Shown in pieces: positions 39,440-49,664 of a stretch of DNA of 64,000 bases. The stretch comes from Oculina patagonica (Eukaryota). The DNA is taken from positions 23,250,001-23,314,000 of the forward strand of contig NC_135762.1 of the NCBI RefSeq assembly GCF_052425735.1, written 5' to 3'. Every line of letters starts with the position of its first letter. The stretch's first letter is position 1. Under the pieces are notes generated by a model, which searched no databases, was not told where the DNA came from, and saw only the letters and a list, made by a program, of their open reading frames with translations. A program made the translations under genes and the position numbers.

Positions 39440-40687
39440 CCCCCGGGGGGTACTCCCATAAAATACGGATAGGGGTGTGCCGCCAAGGTTCTTAAACCCT
39501 AACCCTATTTAAGGATAAAGAAAGCGAAAATTGATAACCTTTTTAAGGCCCAAAACCGAAAAATGACACCCTATTCAAGGGAAGGAGAAGCGTTCCGTGA
39601 CGACCCAAATAACGGCTAACCGCGCACGGCAAGACACAAATCTTTATAAAATCGCTTTTCTAATACCTGAACAGAAAATTCAGTTTTAAGATATCTTTTT
39701 TTCGTTTAGCTGGGCGTTTATTTAAGCTAATAGAATTTAGGTACCCTATCTAAGGATCACACCGGGAACACATTGCCAAAAGGAGCAAAAATGATACCCT
39801 ATTTAAGGTCGCGCAGGACCCTTGCAATCATTTTATTTAAAGAGTATGCACGAACTGCCGGACGACTGAAGCCGACAACAAACGAAATATTCATGAGAAT
39901 GTTTGTTTTTAAACTCTTTTGTACAAGTAATTACTAGTTATTGTTTTCAGCTTTGTGCCACGTGCGCTGGAACATAGGAAATTATCATAAATAGATTCAC
40001 AGCTTTGAATATATCACACGTTGTTGTAAACATTGATTCGGAAGGTCTTCGGAAGCCTCAAAACCTGCAATTTTGTGTCCAAGTTTTCTCCGCCGATATA
40101 GAATTTCAAGAGTTGATTCGCGAGGAACATAAACTTGGTGTACTCTATTGTGCTATGACTAGAGGGAATTTTTAAATTTCCTTCTCAAAATGAAGATAGC
40201 ACGTTTCAAAGTTTAAATTTCACATTTTTGCTCTCTTAGAAGCCATTAACTTGTAGCAGTTTTTGAAATCGAAAATTTCGTTCTAGCCATAGCACAAAAG
40301 AGGTTAAGATTTATCACGAGGCTATATAATCATTTAATTTGGTGCGCTGTTCTAGCTGAAAACTTGGACACAAAATCGCATTATCTGCAGTTAAACTTTT
40401 AAGGGCTTGTAACATCACAGACAACGGTCATCTCTCAGTAAAAGGACAATCATGATGTAATTCCATCATCACTGAGTATCCTTATTAAATTTTAGAGGAA
40501 TCGATATTCAAAATGTAGTGAATTAAAGCTTTACAAGATAGCACTCCGTCAAGAAATTTGGCTTATGAATTTATTAATGAGCAAGGGTCCCGCGCGACCT
40601 TAAGGACCGAGAACCTCAAAAAGCATACACTATCGGGCGGTACATACCTATATAGGCCACATATGGGAGTACCCCCCCTCCCGGGGG
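39440..40687. mobile_element. cccggg-ended DNA element (possibly hAT-related)
   Basis: cccggggggtactcccata ... tatgggagtacccc..cccgggg; tttagc duplicated at both sides. Confidence 0.75.
39807..40599. mobile_element. TTAA-targeting element (Kolobok-like)
   Basis: ttaa|ggtcgcgcaggacccttgc ... gcaagggtcccgcgcgacc|ttaa; removing it restores the host motif ccctatttaagga. Confidence 0.8.
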
Positions 40688-40723
40688 TTTAGCCGTGCTG
40701 AACCAACTCTTTTCTTATGAAAC

Positions 40724-42863
40724 CACAGGGGGGCCAGACAAACTGTTTGTGTATGGACTGTGCACATTTACATTTTTATAGAGAATGTATGGAATTTACC
40801 GAATGGTTTGTAGGATTGCGTATAATGGTGCAAAATATATCAAATTTGTGCTGAATAAATGTTAAGTTTCCTACCTTTTGTGTAGTGTCGTTCTTTTGGC
40901 TCGAAATGGCGAATTTGAGTCGATTGAAGGGTATTTTACTTTCGCTGTTTACTATACATCTAATTATATGGAAAGGGTGGAAACTCCAACAGCTCCAAAG
41001 TAGAACACTTTCAACGCCGAGCCGATTTTCGACCTGATAATCCCATCGCACAACTTTCAAACTACGCACCTGAAAAGAGGAAGGCTTGACGAATCTTCTC
41101 GTATCATTTGATCGAAAATTTATCCAAACGCCGGGTCAGGAACAAGCCCTCAAACGAAAACGGGTATCCAAAATTTTTAAGCCGTCCGAATGCGTAGCAC
41201 CAATTTGTGGTGCCGAAGGGAAACGCTATTCCCCAGCCTCTTTGTGATTGGATACAATTGAACAATGGTCGTTCAAGATTTTGTTTCCTGGATAGGGAGG
41301 CAAAGGTAAAACCAATACTCAATAGTATAGGGAGTGATGTCAATAGTGCGACACAACCTTAGGACCCTCGCGCAAATGGCAATTACGACGGCGATGCCGA
41401 AAGCGATGCATTATCATTTAAATATGCGTCATTGTAACTTGTATGCGGCGAAGTAATAATGAAATGTTCATACTGACTTAAGAAACGAGTAACCTACATC
41501 TAGTCGGTATGAGTTTCATTTTTTAAGCTAGCTAGCTTCAAATAAAAGACAGCGTTCACTTTTCAACGAAAAAAATATTTTACAGCCCTAGAAAAAATAT
41601 CAGATTTTAGTCATCTCACCTAGTTGTTTTACAGAGAGTTGCAAAACAATACACCCACATGTAAAACTCTCGTGCAAAACCGTTGTTGTGATTTGCTATT
41701 CTTATGTTAAGGTCGGACTGATTGGGAAAACCCTGCGAACTCCATCACGACTTTCGTAGCCGGAGAAAATGTAAGTGATCGCGACTTTGCGGAAAGTGGG
41801 CTGTTTTCGGGACATACGAATATGGCAAGGTACTCGTGTTTGAGTTCCTTTATTTTTCTTTCTGTTTTGGATTTTGTTTAAACATTTATGGCTGCAATCA
41901 CTAAAATAGTCTTCATTTTCTAGGTTCGAAACCTTGACTTCTGAACAATCTCAAATCCTACACAATATTCTTGTAACTGGAGAGGGAGGAACAGGGAAAT
42001 CTTTTGTGGTGAAGGCTATCAACAGTCAACTGCTAAAGCAAGGGGAAAAGGTTTTCATTGTTTGTGCGAGCGGTGTTTTGGGAAGAGTGTATTTGGAAGT
42101 AAATAAACAGACGTCAACGGTGCACTCCTTTTACTTTGACGCATACAAGTTACAATGACGCATATTTAAATGATAATGCATCGCTTTCGGCATCGCCGTC
42201 GTAATTGCCATTTGCGCGAGGGTCCTAAGGTTGTGTCGCACTATTGACATCACTCCCTATACTATTGAGTATTGGTTTTACCTTTGCCTCCCTATCCAGG
42301 AAACAAAATCTTGAACGACCATTGTTCAATTGTATCCAATCACAAAGAGGCTGGGGAATAGCGTTTCCCTTCGGCACCACAAATTGGTGCTACGCATTCG
42401 GACGGCTTAAAAATTTTGGATACCCGTTTTCGTTTGAGGGCTTGTTCCTAACCCGGCGTTTGGATAAATTTTCGATCAAATGATACGAGAAGATTCGTCA
42501 AGCCTTCCTCTTTTCTGGTGCGTAGTTTGAAAGTTGTGCGATGGGATTATCAGGTCGAAAATCGGCTCGGCGTTGGAAGTGTTCTACTTTGGAGCTGTTG
42601 GAGTTTCCACCCTTTCCATATAATTAGATGTATAGTAAACAGCGAAAGTAAAATACCCTTCAATCGACTCAAATTCGCCATTTCGAGCCAAAAGAACGAC
42701 ACTACACAAAAGGTAGGAAACTTAACATTTATTCAGCACAAATTTGATATATTTTGCACCATTATACGCAATCCTACAAACCATTCGGTAAATTCCATAC
42801 ATTCTCTATAAAAATGTAAATGTGCACAGGCCATACACAAACCATTTGTCTGGGCCCCCTGTG
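40724..42863. mobile_element. Foldback element of the CMC (EnSpm/Chapaev-like) superfamily with ~720-bp inverted arms
   Basis: CACAG...CTGTG termini, 3-bp TSD AAC; arms 40724-~41455 and ~42131-42863 nearly identical (mirror ORFs in the track). Confidence 0.8.
41822..42135 (+). pseudogene. PIF1: Truncated spliced PIF1-family helicase 5' fragment
   Basis: ATGGCAAG|gtac..ttctag|G gives MARFETLTSEQSQILHNILVTGEGGTGKSFVVKAI..VFIVCASGVLG..STVHSF (Walker A, motifs Ia and Ib); cut off by the right arm. Confidence 0.75.
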
Positions 42864-43750
42864 AACAAACTTAACAAAATAAAAATCTTCTGTTACTGAC
42901 TGATAGCGCAAATTCTGACAATACTGTCTTCTTCCTAAACGCTTGAAAGCCCTGCTTCATCGAAGGACTTGAAAATAGACAGAAAGATAGAGATTTAATG
43001 TTAACTTTATTGCAATTTGGAGCTATATTTTTACAGTTAATAAATTGTAAAGATTTAAGCAAGAACCGTGAAACCGCATAAATTACACACCAGGCATAAA
43101 ACGTGTTTGAAACTGACACCTAATCGTGATCGTTAGTGTCCAGAGCCGAAAGCTGAATCTACTAACTATGGAAGAACATGATGTAAGGAGTTGATACAAA
43201 AATGCGAAGAGAATAAAATAATAATACGTCACCCTTTCTAGTCTTCTTGGAACAGGGCGAAAAGATGGCGACTCGTATGTGATGTTTAAATGAAATTGCG
43301 GAATGCGCACTTAGGCAGAATCGCGTACGCTGGACAAGGTGTTGAGCCTTTTACCCGCACCAAAACATTATTTAACGCAGTCTAGCACGGTAGAAAAAAG
43401 TACGTGTAAACAGGGTATCAGTGCTGGGGTACGGGTACCTATTTTATCTGAGCCAGGCCAAACTTTTTCTGCCGTGTACTAAAATGGGGCTTACATATAC
43501 TAAAAATAACATTGGACAAGGGATTTGGATCATTTTCTTTGCCCAGTACAGTTTCTTTTATTTGATTATGAATTCTACGTTTTTAATGAATTCTATGAAA
43601 TAAAAACCTGTTTTAAGTTCTAGGCTAAAACAGGTTCTTTTTTGAAGGGGGTATAAATGGAAATCTAGCCTGGCAGGTTTTTATATTGTAGGTTATTATG
43701 TGGGTTTTTACTGTAGTTATTCCTAATTCTTTCTCGCGTTTTTCTTTTAG

Positions 43751-43893
43751 GTTTGTGTACACAATCACCGCAGTTTCCAGGATATCGCGAGTATTGTAGC
43801 TCTCTCGGACACTTATGCTACAACAGAGCCGTTCATTCCTGGAAAATGCGACATCAGGATTCAGAAAATTGGCACCCACTACCGAGCATTCAA
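43751..43893 (+). CDS. SYN: Synapsin exon (equivalent to SYN1 exon 7)
   Basis: ttttag|[47 protein letters not shown](K)|gtac; phase 0-2. Confidence 0.97.
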
Positions 43894-44264
43894 GTACGGT
43901 TTTTTCAGTTGTTTTGTTACTCTTTGATTCTGTTTTAGTACATTTTCGTAAAAGCACTCTTAGCCGCGTCGGTTAGAACCAATCAACCAATCAAGACTGG
44001 AAAAAACGACGCATATTCGACGTCATTGCATCCAGTTGTTTCCCGCCAAAATATGCCGCGTCCTTTTCAACTTTCACCTGTTTCCCGCCAAATATGCCAC
44101 GTCCGCGTCAACTTTCATCTGTTTCCCGCCAAAACTTCCCCCGCCGGCACACATGGCTACCAACTGCTTACAGTCCCCCAAACAACACATTGTTTTATAA
44201 TAGATGGTAAACGCACCGGTATCAATAAAAAAGGATAACTGTTTTTTCTTCATATTATCTATAG

Positions 44265-44339
44265 GCGAACGTCCATTTCCGACAATTGGAAAACTAACAC
44301 GGGCTCGGCGGTACTTGAGGAGATAGCTATCAATGACAG
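44265..44339 (+). CDS. SYN: Synapsin exon (equivalent to SYN1 exon 8)
   Basis: tatag|[24 protein letters not shown](R)|gtat; NWKTNTGSA synapsin signature; phase 2-2. Confidence 0.97.
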
Positions 44340-44412
44340 GTATTGAACATTTTCTTCTGTTTATTAAAATCGATTTTATTGCGTCCCAGTTGACTTTGAC
44401 TCTCTTCTCCAG

Positions 44413-44518
44413 GTATAAAAAGTGGGTTGACGAATGCAGTCATTTGTTTGGAGGCGGTCTTGACATCATGTGTGTGGAAGCGATCGTTGGGAAAGACAAC
44501 AAAGAATATATCATTGAG
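44413..44518 (+). CDS. SYN: Synapsin exon (equivalent to SYN1 exon 9)
   Basis: ctccag|YKKWVDECSHLFGGGLDIMCVEAIVGKDNKEYIIE|gtaa; phase 2-0. Confidence 0.97.
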
Positions 44519-44937
44519 GTAACATGCTAACACTAGCGATAGACTTACTATTAACTGCTGGTGTGAAACGGAGCAATGCATCGCCAGGAAGTCGACCTCG
44601 TTTTATGGGGAAAAAGGGAAAGTTGTTAACCAGATTAAACATTATAGCAAAAAGGAGTTAGCCGAGCCAAACTTGAAGACATGACTCTCACTCCATTTAT
44701 ATCCTCGCCATCGTTAACCATCCTAGCTTGTTGATAGGTAGTTGGGAACTTGTTATTTGTAGAGTTTCGGTGTACGAAATTAATTAGGGTCTCCTGTGAT
44801 CTAGGTATGTTTTTACCCTTCTGAATATATATCATACTGAAAACAGATGACAGTTCCCTCTTAGGGTTAAGCTCTCTCAGCAAGCAGCCGTCGCCTTGCA
44901 AACGAGCCAAATGTTCGTTGTTCTCTTTTTAAAGTGA

Positions 44938-45195
44938 AAGTGCGCGGTTGCCTAAAGGTTAGCGCGCTGGACTCCGGATTGAGCGGTCCGGGTCCAAGGC
45001 TGGTCGGGGTCATTGTGTTGTGTTCTTGGGTACACACGACACTTTACTCTCACAGTGCCTCTCTCCACGATAGGTACTGGCGCGAATTAAACGTGGATAG
45101 CAACTCTGCGATGAACTAGCATCTTATCCAAAGGGGGAGTAGAAATACTCTGTATTCGCTTCATGCTACGGCAATCGAGATAAGCGCCGGTTTGC
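44938..45195 (+). mobile_element. tRNA-derived SINE (second copy)
   Basis: ggttagcgcgctggactccggattgagcggtccgggt..acactttactctcacagtgcctctctccac; homologous to 18837-19120. Confidence 0.8.
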
Positions 45196-45282
45196 GCAGT
45201 GTGTCATTTTATAAGTTCGAACTCACCTTACGTTTCTTTTAAAAACAGAGAAGCAATACGTGCTTTGAACTTTTTCCGTCAG

Positions 45283-45424
45283 GTGAATGACACAGCCATG
45301 AGACTTTTCAGTGACACACAAGATGAAGACCAGAAGAGAATTGCTGACCTAGTGATTGAAAGAATGGAGAAGCAGTATCCACCGACCCTCGAACCCAGTA
45401 CCGCTACAGGCGCGGCGCTTACAG
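45283..45424 (+). CDS. SYN: Synapsin exon (equivalent to SYN1 exon 10)
   Basis: ccgtcag|VNDTAMRLFSDTQDEDQKRIADLVIERMEKQYPPTLEPSTATGAALT, G|gtga; end of domain C; phase 0-1. Confidence 0.93.
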
Positions 45425-45472
45425 GTGACTTAACATTGCCGTGATGAATACCTAAATTACATAAGACATTTA

Positions 45473-45641
45473 CAGCAAGGCGCCCAAAAGTGTGACCACT
45501 TTTAATTTATTCACATTATTCCGTGCAGATTTAATCCAATCAGAAGTCAACTGGAACCTGTCCTTGGCTTCTGATTGGATGGTGGTTGCACGAAAGAATG
45601 TGAATTAATTAAAGGTGGTCACACTTTTGGGCGCCTTGCTG
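45473..45641. mobile_element. Tc1/mariner MITE
   Basis: ta|cagcaaggcgcccaaaagtgtgaccac ... gtggtcacacttttgggcgccttgctg|ta. Confidence 0.9.
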
Positions 45642-45814
45642 TAACAACACAAATTTAAATTGGCAAGTTGTGTAAGAAAAGTAACGTTCGTTTTCCATTA
45701 CTCATCCTTTAATTCGAATGAGTGGCGTGAAACCATGCAAAACCAACATAATCACGCCTGGCCAATCACAACAAACGAGAATAACACAATGAACCGATCA
45801 GAACTTAAAGCAAA

Positions 45815-45950
45815 AACCTGCAGCCCGTGCCAAATGCGGGAAAACATGCAATCAGTGCCAAGCGCGGGAAAACATGCAACTTTTGCTTATTGCGGAAAAA
45901 CATGCAACCGGTACCAAGCGCGGGAAAACGTGCAACCCGTGCCGAGCGAG
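45815..45950. repeat. ~28-bp minisatellite
   Basis: tgcaaccggtgccaagcgcgggaaaaca-like units, about 4-5 copies. Confidence 0.7.
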
Positions 45951-46277
45951 GCCGAAGCCGGAGAAAAGTGGCGCCGAATTGTTCCCGAGGAGAAAGCGTG
46001 ACCTAAGTGTGCGAACAGCGGTCTTTTCGGGCCACGGACTCGCTTTCACAGGTCACGCATTCCCCTTCGCTAAAATGCCTAATAATTATGCCATGAATAA
46101 ATTCAAATGTTTTTGAAGAATGACTAATCAAAACAGAGCATTCCTCGGCTGTCTTAACAGCCCCTTATGTTTTTCTTACTTCTTTTAACGAAAGTGTATA
46201 TGATGCGTTGTAAAATAACAATCTTTACTCTTTCTATTTCTTACCTATGCCTTCCTCTGTCTTTCTCTATCTGTCAG

Positions 46278-46301
46278 CTGAACCGGTCAGTGAAGGTAGC
46301 G
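46278..46301 (+). CDS. SYN: Candidate 24-nt synapsin microexon
   Basis: ~55-nt polypyrimidine tract plus cag, then G|GTAAGT donor; phase 1-1, adds AEPVSEGS in frame. Confidence 0.55.
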
Positions 46302-46356
46302 GTAAGTAGCCGGGTGAGAGCCTACTTTCTTTCTTTTTCTCTGACACCTTGTTTTG

Positions 46357-46653
46357 ATTATGTTTATTAGTGAACTGGACTCACTACGCTCAGGTATGTG
46401 CACTTTGCTCATCTCCAGACTGAGGTAACACACCAGCCTAGCAGTGGACAGCTGTTTAGTCCTCTTTGGGACTCGTCAGCACAGCGTAAGGCATTGTGGT
46501 AATGGGAGAAAAGTTCTTATTTCTCCCACCTCAGTGATCCAACACTTGTGGTACACAAGGTGGATCTCTGGTGTACCTCAGGTGTACCTCAGTCTGGAGA
46601 TGAGCAAAGTGCACATACCTGAGCGTAGTAGTCAGTTCACTAATAAACATAAT
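46357..46653. mobile_element. Palindromic element with ~75-bp inverted arms
   Basis: attatgtttattagtgaactg..ctacgctcaggtatgtgcactttgctcatctccagactgaggt and its reverse complement at the right end. Confidence 0.75.
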
Positions 46654-47089
46654 TATTTGTGTGTCTCAGGGTTACACTATATACGTGTGTATATGTGTAT
46701 GTACAAGTGCTTACCTTGTTTTGTATGTACACACGATGAACACTTCTTACAGCTGAACTATATAACCACTGATATACATGGCAGATTGTCTCTGGCACTT
46801 TCTCAGCTGCACTTTCACTTTTCTCTGTCTATTTTATTTCATCTTGTAGAGGAATTTCTTCTTTAATATCTTTGTTTGTTATATAACGTGCACTGTGTTT
46901 AGATGGCAAGGAAACACGACTTGTAACACGTCGTTGCATAAAAACCGTTCTATATAAGGCGAAGTCAAAAATACTCATGGTTCGTCTCGCAAGAGAGAAC
47001 ACTACTCTTGCAACCGTGTTCTTTTTATGTGTGTGTGTGTTGCGTAAACGTTTTTAACTATTAACACATAAATCGCTGTTCATTTGCAG

Positions 47090-47196
47090 GTGCTTTTAAA
47101 GTCATGGGGGGTCCCGGCGCGCCAACAGCCTCTGAAGGGGCAACGAAGTCGCCGGAGAAAAAGAAAAATGGAATTTTTAGTGGATTTATCGATTAG
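47090..47196 (+). CDS. SYN: Synapsin terminal coding exon (domain-E-like C-terminus)
   Basis: ttgcag|GAFKVMGGPGAPTASEGATKSPEKKKNGIFSGFID*; phase 1 matches; the end resembles the domain E RKSFASLFSD*. Confidence 0.75.
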
Positions 47197-47547
47197 ATTC
47201 CAATCATTTAGATATTTAAACGTTGTGTGTAAAGATTGGAATCTTGTTACTTAGGTCAATTATATACCAGCATGCCATTTGAGAACTTTTTTTTAATTGA
47301 CACGTTACTGATAGAGTATAATCTCAATAATATTAATGTGAAACGCTGGACGTACAAATTTGCCGGTTACGGTGTGGTATAGCCGTAGTCGGCTAATATT
47401 AACCAATTTGGTTACGCGAAATTCTGCTCGGAATATGTGAGGTCTTTTTGGAGGAAACGTTTGTATATTACTGATACTCGTTGACTTGTGTGAACGACTT
47501 TTCTGTGAAGAAAAATAATAGTTGGCTTACTATAGATAGAAAAACAC

Positions 47548-47826
47548 TGATGGGGGAGATCCCATATGAAATAGACGGAGATGCTCGTCGGAAACTTGAA
47601 ACTTGAATTAAACCCCTACAAGAGACCAATCTGGGCGTGGCTCAAGCTTTCTTTGGACATCATTATTTTTTCACGTGAAACCCTAAGCAAGACTTTGTTA
47701 ACTAAAAATATTTGGCGTTTTGTCCTGAATACCCTAAGTGAGACAAAAATACGTTATTTGCACCCCTGAGGGAGATGACGAGCATCCCCGTCCCTTTTAT
47801 ATGAGAGTTACCCCCCCCCCCTCCCG
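47548..47826. mobile_element. Degenerate cccggg-family DNA element
   Basis: ggggagatcccatatgaaa ... ttttatatgagagttaccccc..cccgg; internal ccctaag repeats. Confidence 0.5.
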
Positions 47827-48101
47827 GCCGTCTTAGATACAAATTAAGATTATCGTAATAAGTTGAAACACATAATCAATTTATAAATGTAGAACCAAAT
47901 TGTCCCAGTTGGAAATGCAAAGCGATCCTGCAAAATATAAACAAAACAGGACACGTATTTGGCCTGTTATAAAATGTTGTCTTCAATGACCTACCACTAC
48001 ATTTTCAGAAATGTTAGTATCAGAAATGAGAATTGATATTTCGATCTTGAAACTCAAATGGCTATGCGTGTCTTTAAATGCAATTAAATTGACTAGGTCA
48101 T

Positions 48102-48497
48102 AGGCTAGTTTACACGACCAAGTTTTAGGTGACAAACTTTATTTGCTCGTGTAGACGAGAAAAATTGGCCAATTTTTATGTGACAAATGTATTTGCTGAG
48201 AAGCTGGCGTGTTAGAATTGGGGGGCCAATTTAAAGTTGTCGCATACGAAAAATTTCTCGTGTAGACGACTCGTCACATAAAATGTAGCAAATATTGCGT
48301 CAGCAGGGTCAACATATGTGGTCCCCAATCTCCCAAACTCCCATTGTGGGCACTGTACGCGCGTATCTCTGTCCGTATCTCTGCTGTCGAAGGTCATTAA
48401 TAGCGCACTTAACTTTGAACTGCTGACAAATAATTGTTGTGTCATCTACTCGATCAAATGTATTTGTCACATAAAAATTGCCCGTGTAAACTCGGCT
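48102..48497. mobile_element. PIF/Harbinger-like MITE
   Basis: aggctagtttacacg..tgacaaa ... tttgtcacataaaaattgcccgtgtaaactcggct. Confidence 0.65.
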
Positions 48498-48915
48498 TTA
48501 TGTTTTAATAACTGAATTAGGTTATATATAATTATTGAATGTATTTTTTTCCGCTTGTGAATTATTAGTTAGGCTTATTATTTTTTAAATTATATTCTAA
48601 GACATTGTAATATTTATCTATACGATTCAATAGTCGTAGGCTTTTAGCTTTTAAGGCAATTTGAAATTGCTGTATTGAAATATGTATATCAGACTTCATG
48701 GACAGTCAATAAATGGTAATCCCCATGCCGTCCGTCATGCTAGAGTTTGTTGTCTTTACTTTTAACTCGCCTCATATAAGACATTGTTACACTATATGTC
48801 CACATACATAAGCGATCAACCAGCAACAAGATTAGGCCGCCGGCCAAAAGCAATGAGGACTTGCAGGACTTGCAATAATAAAGGTAAATTCAAGAGGGGG
48901 TGAGTGAGACAAATA

Positions 48916-49664
48916 TAATTATTATACATTAGAATTACTTTGAAACATGTGATTGGTCGAGAGCATTCAGTCAATATACACTAGCATGTGACCTAACATG
49001 ATAACCCAATATCTGCAGCAGATATTGGGTTATCATGTCGAGTTCAAAGTCCGCCCAGTTTCCAAGCCTCTCGTCCGTGTAGTGCTGTCAAACCTTTGAA
49101 AACATGGCTGAGCGATTTGCCTCCATATCCGAAGAGGAAGAAAGTTTTGATCGAGAATAAAGATTCTAAAAACACCAAGAGAACAACAAAAACAAGTGTA
49201 AAAATTCTGAATGATTATTTGAGGGAGAAGAACCTGGAGGAACCACAAGATAAAACCGCTTTGGCCATCCTGACGAATTTTACGCCGGCGCAGAAAAAGT
49301 GATGGAAATTGAAAGTGATGGAAATTGTTTGAAAACGTATAATAAAACAATATAAACGGTTCGCATGATATCGTAATTATCAAAACCTCGTGTCTGTGTT
49401 ATCCGCCTCAGCCTTCGGCTTCGGCATAGACTGTCCACAGCCCTCTATTTTTTCGTGTTTTTTCGATCGATGAGCGCGCGGTGAGAACGGCGAGAGAACT
49501 GGACGCCAGCCCCCCCCCCTCCCCCAGCGCGCCGCGCTCGCGCTCACTTCGTTTGCTTTTTTGCGTTGAAAAATCGAGAGGCTGTGGACAGTCTAGCTTC
49601 GGCAGATAACACAGACCTCGGTTTTGATAATTCACGATATCATGCTCAACCTCATCCAATAATT
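48916..49664 (+). mobile_element. Crypton-like (tyrosine recombinase) deletion derivative
   Basis: Remnant frames RFASISEEE / LIENKDSKNTKRTTKTSVKILNDYLREK resemble the N-terminus of DUF3504/CryptonA proteins; long terminal hairpin 49368-49640. Confidence 0.55.
49427..49595. mobile_element. MITE with 9-bp TSD inserted in the hairpin loop of the Crypton-like element
   Basis: tagactgtccacagcc ... ggctgtggacagtcta; TSD gcttcggca at 49418-49426 and 49596-49604. Confidence 0.85.

Larger units (their letters stand above)
39198..43491. mobile_element. PIF/Harbinger-like non-autonomous element hosting nested insertions
   Basis: TIR agccccattt..tacacg.cagaaaa..ttggc.cggctc.g.taaaa..ggtac.cgtac at both ends; 3-bp TSD TAC. 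Confidence 0.75.

Noticed and set aside
40776-42811. Mirror-image ORF pairs (97 aa and 79 aa)
   Set aside because: By-products of the inverted repeat; non-ATG starts and no recognisable protein features.
45660-46866. ORFs of 113, 80 and 140 aa
   Set aside because: Open frames generated by a minisatellite and a palindromic repeat inside synapsin introns.
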